Source: a virus (lineage: Duplodnaviria; Caudoviricetes). Taken from it: DNA of 59,569 bases. The position numbers were made by a program, and so were the translations under genes. Location: IMG/VR virus record IMGVR_UViG_3300034147_000039, positions 1-59,569 of that record. One strand, written 5' to 3'. The notes below the pieces were generated by a model. It worked only from the letters and a program-made list of their open reading frames with translations, was not told the origin of the DNA and did not search any database. This document shows, piece after piece, positions 35,376 to 45,143 of the stretch (its first letter is position 1; each line of letters opens with the position of its first letter).

Positions 35376-38029
35376 TGCATATCAAAGAAGAAGATTATCT
35401 AGCGCACTATGGAACCCTTCGCAGAAGTGGACGGTATGAATGGGGTTCTGGTGGAAATGAATCAGGTAGTGCCCCACGTAATATGACTTTTTTAGATACA
35501 GTGACGGATCTTAAAAGGCGAGGTCTCACAGAAGTAGAAATTGCTAAAGGTCTTGGTCTTTCCACAACCGAGCTTCGTGCGAGAAGGACTATCGCTAGAA
35601 ACGAAGCAAAGCAAGCGGAGATTGCGTTTGCAAATCGGCTCAAGGCAAAGCAAATGTCTAATGTTGCTATTGGTGAACGAATGGGTCGAAATGAATCCTA
35701 TGTTCGATCTTTGCTTGCTGAGAATGCACAAGAGAAGGCGGATATTCTTCTTAATACAGCGAATGTTCTCCAGAAGCGAGTTGATGAGGTAGGGTTCCTT
35801 GATATTGGGAGTGGTGTTGAGCATCACCTCGATGTTAGTTCGACTAAGTTGGCGGCATCTGTAGCCATCCTTAAAGAAAAGGGCTATCGAGTTCATTCAG
35901 TAAAAATCACTCAGTTGGGCACTGGACTTGAAACTGAGATGAAGGTATTAACTAAGCCTGGGACTACTCAAAAAGAAGCTTGGTTGAATCGAGATAATAT
36001 TCGTCAGATCCAAACCTTCTCAGAAGATGGCGGTCGTTCGCATTTTGGTTTGCTTCCTCATATTTCGATCAACCCAAAGCGCATTGCGGTTCGATACAAA
36101 GAAGAAGGCGGAGATGAAGCGGATGGCGTGATCTATGTTCGTCCTGGTGTCAAGGATGTTTCTTTAGGTAATTCTAGGTACGCCCAGGTTCGTGTTGCGG
36201 TTGGTAAAGGACATTATCTAAAGGGAATGGCAATGTACAAAGACGACCTTCCGGACGGGGTCGATCTGATGTTCAATACAAATAAATCAGATACTGGAAA
36301 CAAACTTGATGCTTTGAAGCCGATGACTGAGGATATGGACAATCCTTTCGGTGCGGTATTCAAGCGTCAGATAACTGAGTTAAAGCCCGATGGTACGAGA
36401 AAAGTTACTTCTGCTATGAACCTTGTTAATGAAGAAGGTGATTGGTTGAAGTGGTCTCGTTCTATTGCGCCTCAAGTTTTGTCTAAGCAGTCTCCTTCTT
36501 TGGCGAGAACTCAGTTGGATATTACTTATACATCCAGGAAGGATGAACTTGAGGAAATTCTAGCACTTACGAATCCGACCGTTCGTAAGAAAATGCTTAA
36601 GGATTTCTCTGATGCTACAGATGCGGCGGCAGTGCATCTTAAGGCGGCAGCTTTACCTAGGCAAGGTTGGCACACCATATTACCGATGAGTTCGATGAAG
36701 CCTACCGAAATTTATGCGCCTAACTTTAATGATGGTGAACGAGTAGCGCTAATTCGATACCCCCATGGTGGAACATTTGAGATCCCTGAATTGGTTGTCA
36801 ATAATAACAACCGAGGCGCAAAGAGGCTTTTAGGTAATGCAAGAGATGCGGTTGGAATTCATAGTAGTGTGGCTGAAAGGTTGTCTGGTGCGGACTTCGA
36901 TGGCGACACCGTTCTTGTAATTCCGAATAATGCTGGAAAGATAAAATCAACCCCCGCTCTAGAAAAACTTAAGGGCTTTGATCCCAGGACAGAATACAAG
37001 GCGTATGAGGGCATGAAAGTAATGGACGGCCCTACTAAGCAACGAGAGATGGGTAACATTTCAAATCTAATTACAGACATGACTATTCATGGAGCAAGCA
37101 CACAAGAACTTGCTCAAGCAATTCGACATTCCATGGTTGTTATTGATGCGGAAAATCATAAGCTTGATTATAAGCGATCCGCGGTTGATAATGGAATTGC
37201 TAAGTTGAAAGAGAAGTATCAAGGTAAAACTACTGCTGGTGCATCCACCTTAATTTCTAGGGCTGGTGCTAAGGTGATGGTGCCAGACAGGAAGCTTCGT
37301 CTTGCGTCAGAAGGCGGCCCAATAGATCCAGTCACAGGGCGCAAAGTATTCGTAGAAACAGGTAAGATTAACTTCAGAACAGGTGGCCCTAAGTTAACCA
37401 GATCTAAGAAGCTGGCAGAAGAGGAAGACGCACACGTTCTTTCATCAGGTACCCCTATTGAGAGACTGTATGCGGACCATTCTAATAGATTGAAGGACAT
37501 GGGCAATCAGGCGCGCTTAGCCATGATTAATACCCCCGCCCTAAAGTATTCGGCCTCTGCTAAGAAGGCCTATGCAAACGAAGTAGCTTCTCTGAATGCT
37601 AGCTTGAATTTAGCAATTAGAAACCGCCCCCTAGAAAGACAAGCACAGGTCTTTGCTAACGCCATCATCAAGGCCAAGAGGGCTGCTAATCCTGGTATGG
37701 ATGAGGCTTCATTTAAGAAGATGAAGTTTCAAGCATTAGAAGAAGCCCGTAATCGTACCGGTGCAAGGAAAGCAAAGATTGTAATCAGCCCCTCTGAATG
37801 GGATGCTATACAAGCAGGCGCCATCATGGACACTAAGCTTAGTACAATTCTTGACAATGCGGACATTGATGTGGTTCGACAATTAGCCACCCCACGTAGA
37901 GAGATTAAGATGACACCAACTAAACTGTCTCGTGCCCAAGCAATGTTAGACTCCGGCTATACTAGAGCTGAGGTTGCTGCACAGTTGGGTGTCTCACTAA
38001 CTACACTTGACACAGCAACTAATGAGTAA
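35375..38029 (+). CDS. Single-chain double-psi-beta-barrel RNA polymerase (YonO/cRdRP-like) with HTH domains
   Basis: 'AQVR...LKG', 'IRYP', 'RLSGADFDGD' (D507/D509/D511), 'MGNISN', 'HSMVVIDA'; N- and C-terminal HTH-like segments. Confidence 0.8.
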   Translation: MHIKEEDYLAHYGTLRRSGRYEWGSGGNESGSAPRNMTFLDTVTDLKRRGLTEVEIAKGLGLSTTELRARRTIARNEAKQAEIAFANRLKAKQMSNVAIGERMGRNESYVRSLLAENAQEKADILLNTANVLQKRVDEVGFLDIGSGVEHHLDVSSTKLAASVAILKEKGYRVHSVKITQLGTGLETEMKVLTKPGTTQKEAWLNRDNIRQIQTFSEDGGRSHFGLLPHISINPKRIAVRYKEEGGDEADGVIYVRPGVKDVSLGNSRYAQVRVAVGKGHYLKGMAMYKDDLPDGVDLMFNTNKSDTGNKLDALKPMTEDMDNPFGAVFKRQITELKPDGTRKVTSAMNLVNEEGDWLKWSRSIAPQVLSKQSPSLARTQLDITYTSRKDELEEILALTNPTVRKKMLKDFSDATDAAAVHLKAAALPRQGWHTILPMSSMKPTEIYAPNFNDGERVALIRYPHGGTFEIPELVVNNNNRGAKRLLGNARDAVGIHSSVAERLSGADFDGDTVLVIPNNAGKIKSTPALEKLKGFDPRTEYKAYEGMKVMDGPTKQREMGNISNLITDMTIHGASTQELAQAIRHSMVVIDAENHKLDYKRSAVDNGIAKLKEKYQGKTTAGASTLISRAGAKVMVPDRKLRLASEGGPIDPVTGRKVFVETGKINFRTGGPKLTRSKKLAEEEDAHVLSSGTPIERLYADHSNRLKDMGNQARLAMINTPALKYSASAKKAYANEVASLNASLNLAIRNRPLERQAQVFANAIIKAKRAANPGMDEASFKKMKFQALEEARNRTGARKAKIVISPSEWDAIQAGAIMDTKLSTILDNADIDVVRQLATPRREIKMTPTKLSRAQAMLDSGYTRAEVAAQLGVSLTTLDTATNE

Positions 38030-38064
38030 GAAGAGACAATGACAATGAAAGGAAGAAAGAGCTA

Positions 38065-38322
38065 ATGAAAGTTTCAATGCTAACAACTGTTGACAATCCT
38101 CACAATCCTTTTGACGATTACGATTCTTGGTCCGCCTATGATTTAAGGGCAGGGTACCATACGGCAGGGTTCCTTGCTAGAATTTTAATTACTTCTGACG
38201 AGCTCTCAGAAGAAGATCAGAACATTGCTAATGAATTAGCTATTGATGAGATTATAAGAGAAAATGTTTTGGGCATCTATCGAAAAGTCACCCGAGAAAT
38301 GACAGAAGAAAGTTCAGTTTAA
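38065..38322 (+). CDS. Conserved hypothetical protein
   Basis: 'MLTT.DNP..PFD....W...D...GY.T...LAR'. Confidence 0.75.
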   Translation: MKVSMLTTVDNPHNPFDDYDSWSAYDLRAGYHTAGFLARILITSDELSEEDQNIANELAIDEIIRENVLGIYRKVTREMTEESSV

Positions 38323-38340
38323 TCTGGGGACGCTCCTTAC

Positions 38341-38418
38341 CGGGGGGAGGGTCTCGTAAATTCCGCCCCCCCTGTGCATCGCCCGGCTCTATATTTTAGC
38401 TCCGGGGGAATTTTGGGA
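38341..38418. other. Probable cos / genome-end region (core CGCCCGGCT 38380-38388)
   Basis: Non-coding GC-rich site with G6/C7 runs between last early gene and packaging module. Confidence 0.5.
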
Positions 38419-38461
38419 CAATGTTTTCACTTTTTAATACCGGGAAAGGAGGCTTGGGAAG

Positions 38462-38818
38462 ATGAAATCAATGTTGAAAGACGTAATCAGTGGTGGAGAG
38501 CAGTACAAAGCTCTAGCTTTCATCTGTCCTGGCTGTGTTGGTAATGGTGGAGGCACCGGATTGCACATGATTCCGGTAGAACCGACTACGCAATCTCCTG
38601 CTTGGACTTGGAATGGGGATCTAGAAGCGCCGACCCTCGAGCCATCCATTCGTACTACGTGGGAATCGCCAAGAGAAAAGTTTGTGTGTCACTCATACCT
38701 CAGAGACGGCGTATTTGAATTCCTTGGTGACAGCACTCATGAGTTTGCTGGGAAGAAAGTGCCTCTTCAAGAGCTCCCGTCATGGTTCCTTAGTTGGGGT
38801 GATGACGATGACGAGTAA
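38462..38818 (+). CDS. DUF6527-like Zn-binding protein
   Basis: 'CPGC...H...W.WNG....PT..PSI...CHS...G...F..D.TH..AG'. Confidence 0.7.
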   Translation: MKSMLKDVISGGEQYKALAFICPGCVGNGGGTGLHMIPVEPTTQSPAWTWNGDLEAPTLEPSIRTTWESPREKFVCHSYLRDGVFEFLGDSTHEFAGKKVPLQELPSWFLSWGDDDDE

Positions 38819-39137
38819 ACGAGAACGAAAGGTCCGACCGGCAGCAACCCTCGAAGGACGAGAGGGTCAGTTGGTTTCAATGGCGGTGGACCTAGCAGAG
38901 AAGCAATTGAGGGAAGGCACAGCTACTGCGCAAGTCATCACGCATTATTTGAAGCTCGGTTCCACAAGGGAGATCCTCGAGCAAGAACGCTTGTCCAATG
39001 AGAACCAGCTTCTCCAGGCAAGGGTGGAACAGATGGCTTCGGCAAAGCGTATTGAGGAACTTTATGGGCAGGCATTGGACGCAATGAAGAAGTATGCCGG
39101 TCAAGAGGTTCCGGAGATCGATTATTATGAGGACTAG
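38808..39137 (+). CDS. Conserved protein, possible terminase small subunit
   Basis: Position before HNH/terminase; coiled coil; 'PA.T.E.RE.QL...A.DLAEKQL..GTA..QVI.H.LKLGS'. Confidence 0.5.
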   Translation: MTSKRERKVRPAATLEGREGQLVSMAVDLAEKQLREGTATAQVITHYLKLGSTREILEQERLSNENQLLQARVEQMASAKRIEELYGQALDAMKKYAGQEVPEIDYYED

Positions 39138-39537
39138 AACCTATAATGAGCTTAGAAGACTCGATACTTTCCTCGAAAGATACGAGTATTTGAAACTTGG
39201 AGGCGTCGTAGGCCACGCTACATTTGGGTTCGATCGTCACATAAATCAAATGTTTTATGCCTCTCGAGAGTGGAAACAAGTAAGAGAAGCGGTCATATTG
39301 CGTGATAACGGCTGCGATTTGGGTGTTCCTGGGTTCGAAATTAATGGAGCGCTGGTTGTTCATCACATAAATCCAATTAAAGAAGATGATATAGTTCACT
39401 CACATGAATGGGTTTTAAACCCAGAATTCCTTATAACAACCACACATGATACTCATAATGCCATCCATTACGGTGATAGTTCGCTTCTTCGGACGGAATT
39501 TGTGGAGCGAAAACCAGGTGATACACGACTTTGGTGA
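39127..39537 (+). CDS. HNH endonuclease (packaging-associated)
   Basis: 'FY.S.EW..VR..V..RD.GC...VHHINP...L......H..IH'. Confidence 0.85.
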   Translation: MRTRTYNELRRLDTFLERYEYLKLGGVVGHATFGFDRHINQMFYASREWKQVREAVILRDNGCDLGVPGFEINGALVVHHINPIKEDDIVHSHEWVLNPEFLITTTHDTHNAIHYGDSSLLRTEFVERKPGDTRLW

Positions 39538-39718
39538 CCGGAAGGAAGACAATGAGTAAACCAAAAGAAAAGACAAGACGCTCCTTACGTGTCGAATCGG
39601 ATAGTTATTGTCTCGTTATTGCACTGCATATGGACGTGTTGTAAGGCTGAACGTATCTAAAAACAAAGGGCCAGAGTTTTGACTCGATTTAACAACTTTC
39701 GAACCAAGGGAGAAAGAA

Positions 39719-39967
39719 ATGAGTTCTGTTGAGGAATTGCCAGCACTGTTCAAGATGATCGAAGAGATGCGGGAAGCAGGAACCAGCGAGGAAGACATCG
39801 AGACATATCTCAAGGATCTCGATATGACAGCCTTTGAAAAGGCCAACGAAGAGATGCGTGCTGCTGGTAGAAGCGAAGCGGCGATCTTTTATTTCTGGAA
39901 AGAAGTAGATAGTTTCGGCGATACAGATCCCGAAGACATGATCGATTCAGATGACGAGGTGCAGTGA
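39719..39967 (+). CDS. Acidic hypothetical protein
   Basis: RBS GGGAG. Confidence 0.6.
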   Translation: MSSVEELPALFKMIEEMREAGTSEEDIETYLKDLDMTAFEKANEEMRAAGRSEAAIFYFWKEVDSFGDTDPEDMIDSDDEVQ

Positions 39968-40914
39968 TGGGTTCCGTATATCTCGACCAACTTCCGACAG
40001 TACTTCATAACAACGGAGCGGGCGTTCCTTTCATCGAAGTGCAGGGCTGGCAACGGCGAGCTCGTAGTTCTGGTGGTTACAACGGACGGGTCGAAGGTAT
40101 CTCGATCCATCATACTGCTAGTGGTCCTGCATCTGATGGCTGGCCTTCGGTCAACTACGGAACGTTCAAGGCAGCGGCTAAGCCGATTGCCAACATCTAC
40201 ATCGAGCGAAGTGGTACTTGGTGGCTCGCAGCTGGTGGAGCGACGAACACTTCAGGTGCAGGTGGACCAACACCGTACTGCCCCAAGGACGGAGCGAACT
40301 CTCGTACCATTGGAATCGAGATCCAGAACAATGGAGTTGGCGAACCGTACACTGACGCTCAGGTGTGGTCGCTGCTTCACGGTGTCTCGCTCATCTGGAA
40401 CGACATGTCTCGTCGGTACAACTGGGGCTTCCAGACCGATCGAATCTTCGGTCACTTCGAGTGGGCTCCTGGTCGAAAGTGTGACCCCACTGGCCGCTCG
40501 GCCTGGACGTCTCCGGAGAACCGACTGGGTTGCAGCAACGGTCCTCGCTGGCACATGGATCAGTTCCGGCATTCGGTAATCTCTCATGCGCTCAGCCTCG
40601 TGCTCCCACCGCCTCCGGCGGCATGGCCGTGGCCGCTTACCCTGCCACAGATGCAGAGCATTCGAGGAGCCGCCAAGCCGACGATCCAGGAAGGGTCGGC
40701 TAACTTCCTTGTCACTTACCTCCAGATTCTATTGGTCGACATGACTGGAGCGACTTGCGAAGTCTCGGGCAACTTCGATGCCACGACGACGGTGGCTGTC
40801 AAGAACTTCCAGTCATTCTTCGGACTATTGGCTGATGGCATTGTCGGTCCGGTCACTTGGAGGTCGGTCGACACAAAGCTGTTCGATCCGTTCGCAGCCA
40901 AGAATGGAGGCTGA
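39964..40914 (+). CDS. Endolysin: N-acetylmuramoyl-L-alanine amidase with C-terminal peptidoglycan-binding domain
   Basis: 'IHHTA','IGIE','GHFEW..GRK.DP'; 'AVKNFQ..FGL.ADGIVGP.TW'. Confidence 0.9.
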   Translation: MMGSVYLDQLPTVLHNNGAGVPFIEVQGWQRRARSSGGYNGRVEGISIHHTASGPASDGWPSVNYGTFKAAAKPIANIYIERSGTWWLAAGGATNTSGAGGPTPYCPKDGANSRTIGIEIQNNGVGEPYTDAQVWSLLHGVSLIWNDMSRRYNWGFQTDRIFGHFEWAPGRKCDPTGRSAWTSPENRLGCSNGPRWHMDQFRHSVISHALSLVLPPPPAAWPWPLTLPQMQSIRGAAKPTIQEGSANFLVTYLQILLVDMTGATCEVSGNFDATTTVAVKNFQSFFGLLADGIVGPVTWRSVDTKLFDPFAAKNGG

Positions 40915-40922
40915 GCTGTAGT

Positions 40923-40935
40923 GTCAAAATGGGAG
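40923..40935 (+). promoter_or_regulatory. GTCAAAATGGGAG motif (also 48977, 53787); candidate late promoter
   Basis: Exact 13-mer three times in the structural region, twice intergenic just upstream of an RBS. Confidence 0.5.
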
Positions 40936-40968
40936 CAAAAACTCTAAGTAAGGAAAGGAGACCCGATC

Positions 40969-41346
40969 ATGGAAGACAGCATTCTTACCAGTACGAAGAA
41001 GACCCTTGGGCTGGATGCCGACTACACGGCTTTCGATCTGGACATCATCACTCACATCAACTTGGCGTTCTCCGTTTTGAACCAACTTGGCGTGGGTCCG
41101 GTCGAAGGATTCATGATCGAGGACAAGTCTTCTACGTGGGACGAGTTCGTCGTGCCTCTTTCTCAGATGAGCATGATCAGGACCTATGTCTATTTGAAGG
41201 TTAGTGTACTTTTCGATCCGCCGACTACTTCGTATCTGATCGAGGCCAAGACAAATCAGATCGACCAGTACGAATGGCGTTTGAATGTGTTCAGGGAGTT
41301 CAACGATTTTCCTAATCCAATACCAGAGGAAGAGGTGGAGGTATGA
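40969..41346 (+). CDS. Head-tail connector/adaptor-like protein
   Basis: 'SIL.S.KK.LG...FD.DII.HIN...L.QLGVGP...FDPP...EWRL'. Confidence 0.65.
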   Translation: MEDSILTSTKKTLGLDADYTAFDLDIITHINLAFSVLNQLGVGPVEGFMIEDKSSTWDEFVVPLSQMSMIRTYVYLKVSVLFDPPTTSYLIEAKTNQIDQYEWRLNVFREFNDFPNPIPEEEVEV

Positions 41347-41702
41347 CCGCTGAAGAAGTTGACATTTTTCTTGGACATTTCGGAGTCAAAGGTCAGAAGT
41401 GGGGTGTTCGTCGTAAGGATCGCAGATCGATAAATCCGTCTGCTGACTGGCAACGTCATAGTACTGCTAAGAAGAAGAAGTCGGTCGAATTGAGTGACCA
41501 AGAACTTCGAAATCTTCTCGATCGACTCAACATGGAACAGCGTTATCGCAAGCAGTTCAATCCGTCAGCAGTCAAGAAAGGTTTGATGGTTGTCGGAGGG
41601 GTTCTTGCTGCTGGGAAGATGATGAATGAAGTTGTTAATTTTGCTAATAGTCCAGCGGGTAAGATGATTGCCACCAAGCTTGCATCGAAAGCAGCTGGTT
41701 AA
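41343..41702 (+). CDS. Small basic protein with 'H(F/Y)GVKGQKWGVRR' motif
   Basis: Motif shared with 43460; 'LSDQEL....RL..E..Y'. Confidence 0.75.
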   Translation: MTAEEVDIFLGHFGVKGQKWGVRRKDRRSINPSADWQRHSTAKKKKSVELSDQELRNLLDRLNMEQRYRKQFNPSAVKKGLMVVGGVLAAGKMMNEVVNFANSPAGKMIATKLASKAAG

Positions 41703-41720
41703 TTAGAAAGGAGGCGTCTC

Positions 41721-43463
41721 GTGACTTTGTCGAACACGGCAACACCGAGATATTACGGCGAGTTTCGAGACGCAGTTCTTCGAGGTGAGATTCCGGTAAA
41801 CCGTGAGATCTCGATGCAGATGAACAGAATCGACGACTACATCGCTAATCCTAACATCTATCATGACGACATGGCTGTCGATGGGTTCATCAAGTATTGT
41901 GAATGGGAACTAACTCTAACTGACGGTAGCGATCTGCATCTGCTCGACTCGTTCAAGCTTTGGGCAGAGGATCTTCTAGGTTGGTTTTACTTTGTTGAGA
42001 GAAGTGTGTATCAACCTTCGCCGGATGGTGGCGGATCTTATGTCAAGAAGTTGATCAAGAAGCGGTTGATCACTAAGCAGTACTTGATCGTCGCTCGAGG
42101 TGCAGCCAAGTCGATGTATGCCATGTGCATCCAGAGCTACTTCCTCAATGTGGATACGGCAACCACTCATCAGATTACCACCGCCCCTACCATGAAGCAA
42201 GCGGACGAGGTGATGTCTCCGTTCAGGACTGCGATCACCCGCGCGCGAGGTCCACTGTTTAAGTTCCTTACAGAGGGATCGCTTCAGAACACAACGGGAT
42301 CGAAGTTCAATCGGATGAAGTTGGCCTCGACCAAGAAGGGTGTCGAGAACTTTCTAACTGGATCTCTCCTCGAGGTCCGTCCGATGGCGATCAACAAACT
42401 TCAGGGTCTTCGTCCTAAGGTGTCGACGGTCGACGAGTGGCTGTCTGGTGACATTCGAGAGGATGTCGTCGGGGCAATCGAGCAAGGTGCCTCAAAGTTG
42501 GACGACTACATCATTGTAGCGATCAGCTCGGAGGGAACTGTTCGGAATGGATCCGGCGACACCATTAAGTTGGAGCTTGCTAGCATTCTTCGAGGTGACT
42601 ATCAAGCTCCTCACGTTTCCATCTGGCACTACAAGTTGGACGACATAGAAGAAGTTAATGATCCGTCAAAATGGCAGAAAGCCAACCCAAATCTTGGGCA
42701 GACGGTTACGTACGACGTTTACCATCTAGACGTCGAGCGAGCTGAGAAAGCGCCGGCGTCACGAAACGACATCTTGGCGAAGCGTTTTGGTATTCCGATG
42801 GAAGGGTTCACCTACTTCTTCACGTACGAAGAGACTCTTCCTCACGCAGATCGAGAATTCTGGGGCATGCCTTGTGCTCTAGGCGCAGATCTTTCGCAAG
42901 GCGACGACTTCTGTGCGTTCACGCTACTGTTCCCGCTGCAGAACGGAGCGTTTGGTGTGAAGACGAGGAGTTACATCTCTTCGTTGACGTTGATGAAGTT
43001 GCCGGCAGCCATGAGAGGTAAGTATGAAGAGTTTATTATTGAAGATAGCCTTCATGTCCTCGAGGGGACTGTGCTTGACATGATGGAAGTGTATGATGAT
43101 CTGGATGCCTTCTTGTTAAGGAATGATTACGACGTTCGTTGTCTAGGATTCGACCCTTACAACGCCAAGGAATTCGTAAGTCGCTGGGAAGCGGAAAACG
43201 GATCCTTTGGAATTGAGAAAGTTATTCAGGGAGCTAGGACCGAGTCGGTTCCACTTGGTGAATTGAAGCATTTGAGTGAAGAACGGATGCTTATATTTGA
43301 TCAAGACTTGATGAGCTTTGCAATGGGTAATGCGGTGACTCTCGAGGATACCAATGGTAACCGTAAGCTCCAGAAGAAGCGTAAGGATGAGAAGATCGAC
43401 AACGTAGCCGCCATGATGGATGCTTATGTGGCGTACAAGGCGAACAAGGAGAGTTTCGAATGA
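41721..43463 (+). CDS. Terminase large subunit
   Basis: Walker A 'VARGAAKS', Walker B 'STVDEW', nuclease 'GADLS..DD', 'KID'. Confidence 0.95.
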   Translation: MTLSNTATPRYYGEFRDAVLRGEIPVNREISMQMNRIDDYIANPNIYHDDMAVDGFIKYCEWELTLTDGSDLHLLDSFKLWAEDLLGWFYFVERSVYQPSPDGGGSYVKKLIKKRLITKQYLIVARGAAKSMYAMCIQSYFLNVDTATTHQITTAPTMKQADEVMSPFRTAITRARGPLFKFLTEGSLQNTTGSKFNRMKLASTKKGVENFLTGSLLEVRPMAINKLQGLRPKVSTVDEWLSGDIREDVVGAIEQGASKLDDYIIVAISSEGTVRNGSGDTIKLELASILRGDYQAPHVSIWHYKLDDIEEVNDPSKWQKANPNLGQTVTYDVYHLDVERAEKAPASRNDILAKRFGIPMEGFTYFFTYEETLPHADREFWGMPCALGADLSQGDDFCAFTLLFPLQNGAFGVKTRSYISSLTLMKLPAAMRGKYEEFIIEDSLHVLEGTVLDMMEVYDDLDAFLLRNDYDVRCLGFDPYNAKEFVSRWEAENGSFGIEKVIQGARTESVPLGELKHLSEERMLIFDQDLMSFAMGNAVTLEDTNGNRKLQKKRKDEKIDNVAAMMDAYVAYKANKESFE

Positions 43464-43882
43464 ACGTAGACCAGATTGGGGAGTTTCTCGAGCATCAGGG
43501 GTTATCCGACGAGGCAATCGACGCCTTCTTTGCGCACTACGGTGTCAAAGGTCAGAAGTGGGGTGTTCGACGAGCCCAAAAGCGAGCAGCAAAGGGGCCT
43601 GATCGGTTCGGTAATAGAAACAACCCATCAGCGCAGAGAAGGCTTGATCGAGTAAAACGAGTTGCAGATGGGAAAGCTTCTGTTGGCGACATGATTAAAG
43701 CAGGTCTTTTTCAAATTTCAACAAATGATCTTGTGATTGAAGGGTCTTTTAGAGACGCCGCAAAAGCTCAAGTCGAACGAGGGAAACGTAATCAGAACAA
43801 GGTTAATCAAGGTAAAAAGGTTGTGGGCGATATGCTTGCTCGTCTTAGCGGTGTTGATGTTCGGGAGCTGAACTTTGACTAA
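43460..43882 (+). CDS. Small basic protein with 'HYGVKGQKWGVRR' motif
   Basis: Between terminase and portal. Confidence 0.75.
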   Translation: MNVDQIGEFLEHQGLSDEAIDAFFAHYGVKGQKWGVRRAQKRAAKGPDRFGNRNNPSAQRRLDRVKRVADGKASVGDMIKAGLFQISTNDLVIEGSFRDAAKAQVERGKRNQNKVNQGKKVVGDMLARLSGVDVRELNFD

Positions 43883-43913
43883 TTAACATTCGTGATCAAC
43901 ACCTAGAAAGGAG

Positions 43914-45125
43914 GTGCATATTTTGCCAATTCTATCACGAGTCAGAAGCGCTTGGAACGCGTTTCGGTCAACTGGCGAACAGCAGGAAGAGGTGTATAAT
44001 CTAGGTTTGGGCTCTTCTAGTGCGCCAGATCGTCCGAGACAGAGATATTATAACGATCGATCCATCATTACGTCTATTTATACGAGAATTAGTATCGATG
44101 TTGCGCAAGTTTTAATTCGTCACATTCAACTTGATGAGCAGGATCGATATTTGAAGAACATGGAGAGCATGTTAAACAAATGCTTTCTTTTCGAACCGAA
44201 CTTGGACCAAGGACCAAGCCAATTTCGGCAAGATATTGTTCTTACGTTGTTCGATAAAGGAGTTGCGGCGATAGTTCCAGTCGATACGATTGGAACCCCA
44301 GAGGCAGCCGATTTTGAAATTGTAACATTACGTGTTGGTTGCGTTAAAGAGTGGTTCCCAAAGCATGTTCGAGTGGAACTGTATAATGAGGCAACTGGAA
44401 AACGTGAAGAAGTTATATTAGAGAAGAAATTCGTAGCTCTTGTTCAGAATCCATTTTATGCGGTTATGAACGAACCACTTTCAACTCTTTCGAGGTTGAC
44501 TCGGAAATTGAGTCTCTTGGATTCGGTTGATGAAGCTACTGGTTCAGGCAAGCTTGACATCATAATTCAGTTGCCATACGTAATCAAGTCGGAGGCAAGA
44601 CGTCAACAAGCAGAACAACGTCGCCAAGACATCGAATTCCAGTTAAAGGGTAGTCAGTACGGTATTGCTTATACGGATGGAACAGAAAAGATTACTCAGC
44701 TTAATCGTCCAGCTGAGAACAATCTTCTTAAGCAGATTGAGTATCTTACTAATCTGTTGTTTGGGCAACTCGGTATTACCGAGGATGTCATGAACGGTAC
44801 AGCAGACGAAAAGACCATGCTCAACTATCATAATCGAACTGTAAAGCCTATTCTTGACGTTATAATTGAGGCGATGCAGAGATCGTGGCTTGGTATAGTT
44901 GGAACAGCCAATAAGGAACGGATTCGATATTTCCGTGATCCATTCATGTTCGTCACTGTAGGCGAGCTTGCTGAAATTGCCGATAAGTTCTCCAGAAATG
45001 AGATCTTCTCGGCTAATGAGATCCGAGGGTTCCTGGGAGTTCCTCCATCTACAGATCCGAAGGCCGATCAGCTAGTAAATAGCAACATGCCACAACCAGA
45101 AGCAGACGTCAAGAAAGCGTCTTAG
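43914..45125 (+). CDS. Portal protein
   Basis: HK97-type position and size; 'I..RI..D.A', 'NEIR..LG.PP'. Confidence 0.9.
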   Translation: MHILPILSRVRSAWNAFRSTGEQQEEVYNLGLGSSSAPDRPRQRYYNDRSIITSIYTRISIDVAQVLIRHIQLDEQDRYLKNMESMLNKCFLFEPNLDQGPSQFRQDIVLTLFDKGVAAIVPVDTIGTPEAADFEIVTLRVGCVKEWFPKHVRVELYNEATGKREEVILEKKFVALVQNPFYAVMNEPLSTLSRLTRKLSLLDSVDEATGSGKLDIIIQLPYVIKSEARRQQAEQRRQDIEFQLKGSQYGIAYTDGTEKITQLNRPAENNLLKQIEYLTNLLFGQLGITEDVMNGTADEKTMLNYHNRTVKPILDVIIEAMQRSWLGIVGTANKERIRYFRDPFMFVTVGELAEIADKFSRNEIFSANEIRGFLGVPPSTDPKADQLVNSNMPQPEADVKKAS

Positions 45126-45143
45126 TCTCTGAAAGGAAATACG

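Noticed and set aside
39540-39715. Structured RNA or 30-aa ORF after HNH
   Set aside because: Only one convincing stem (CCTTAC/GTAAGG) and a weak ORF; insufficient support either way
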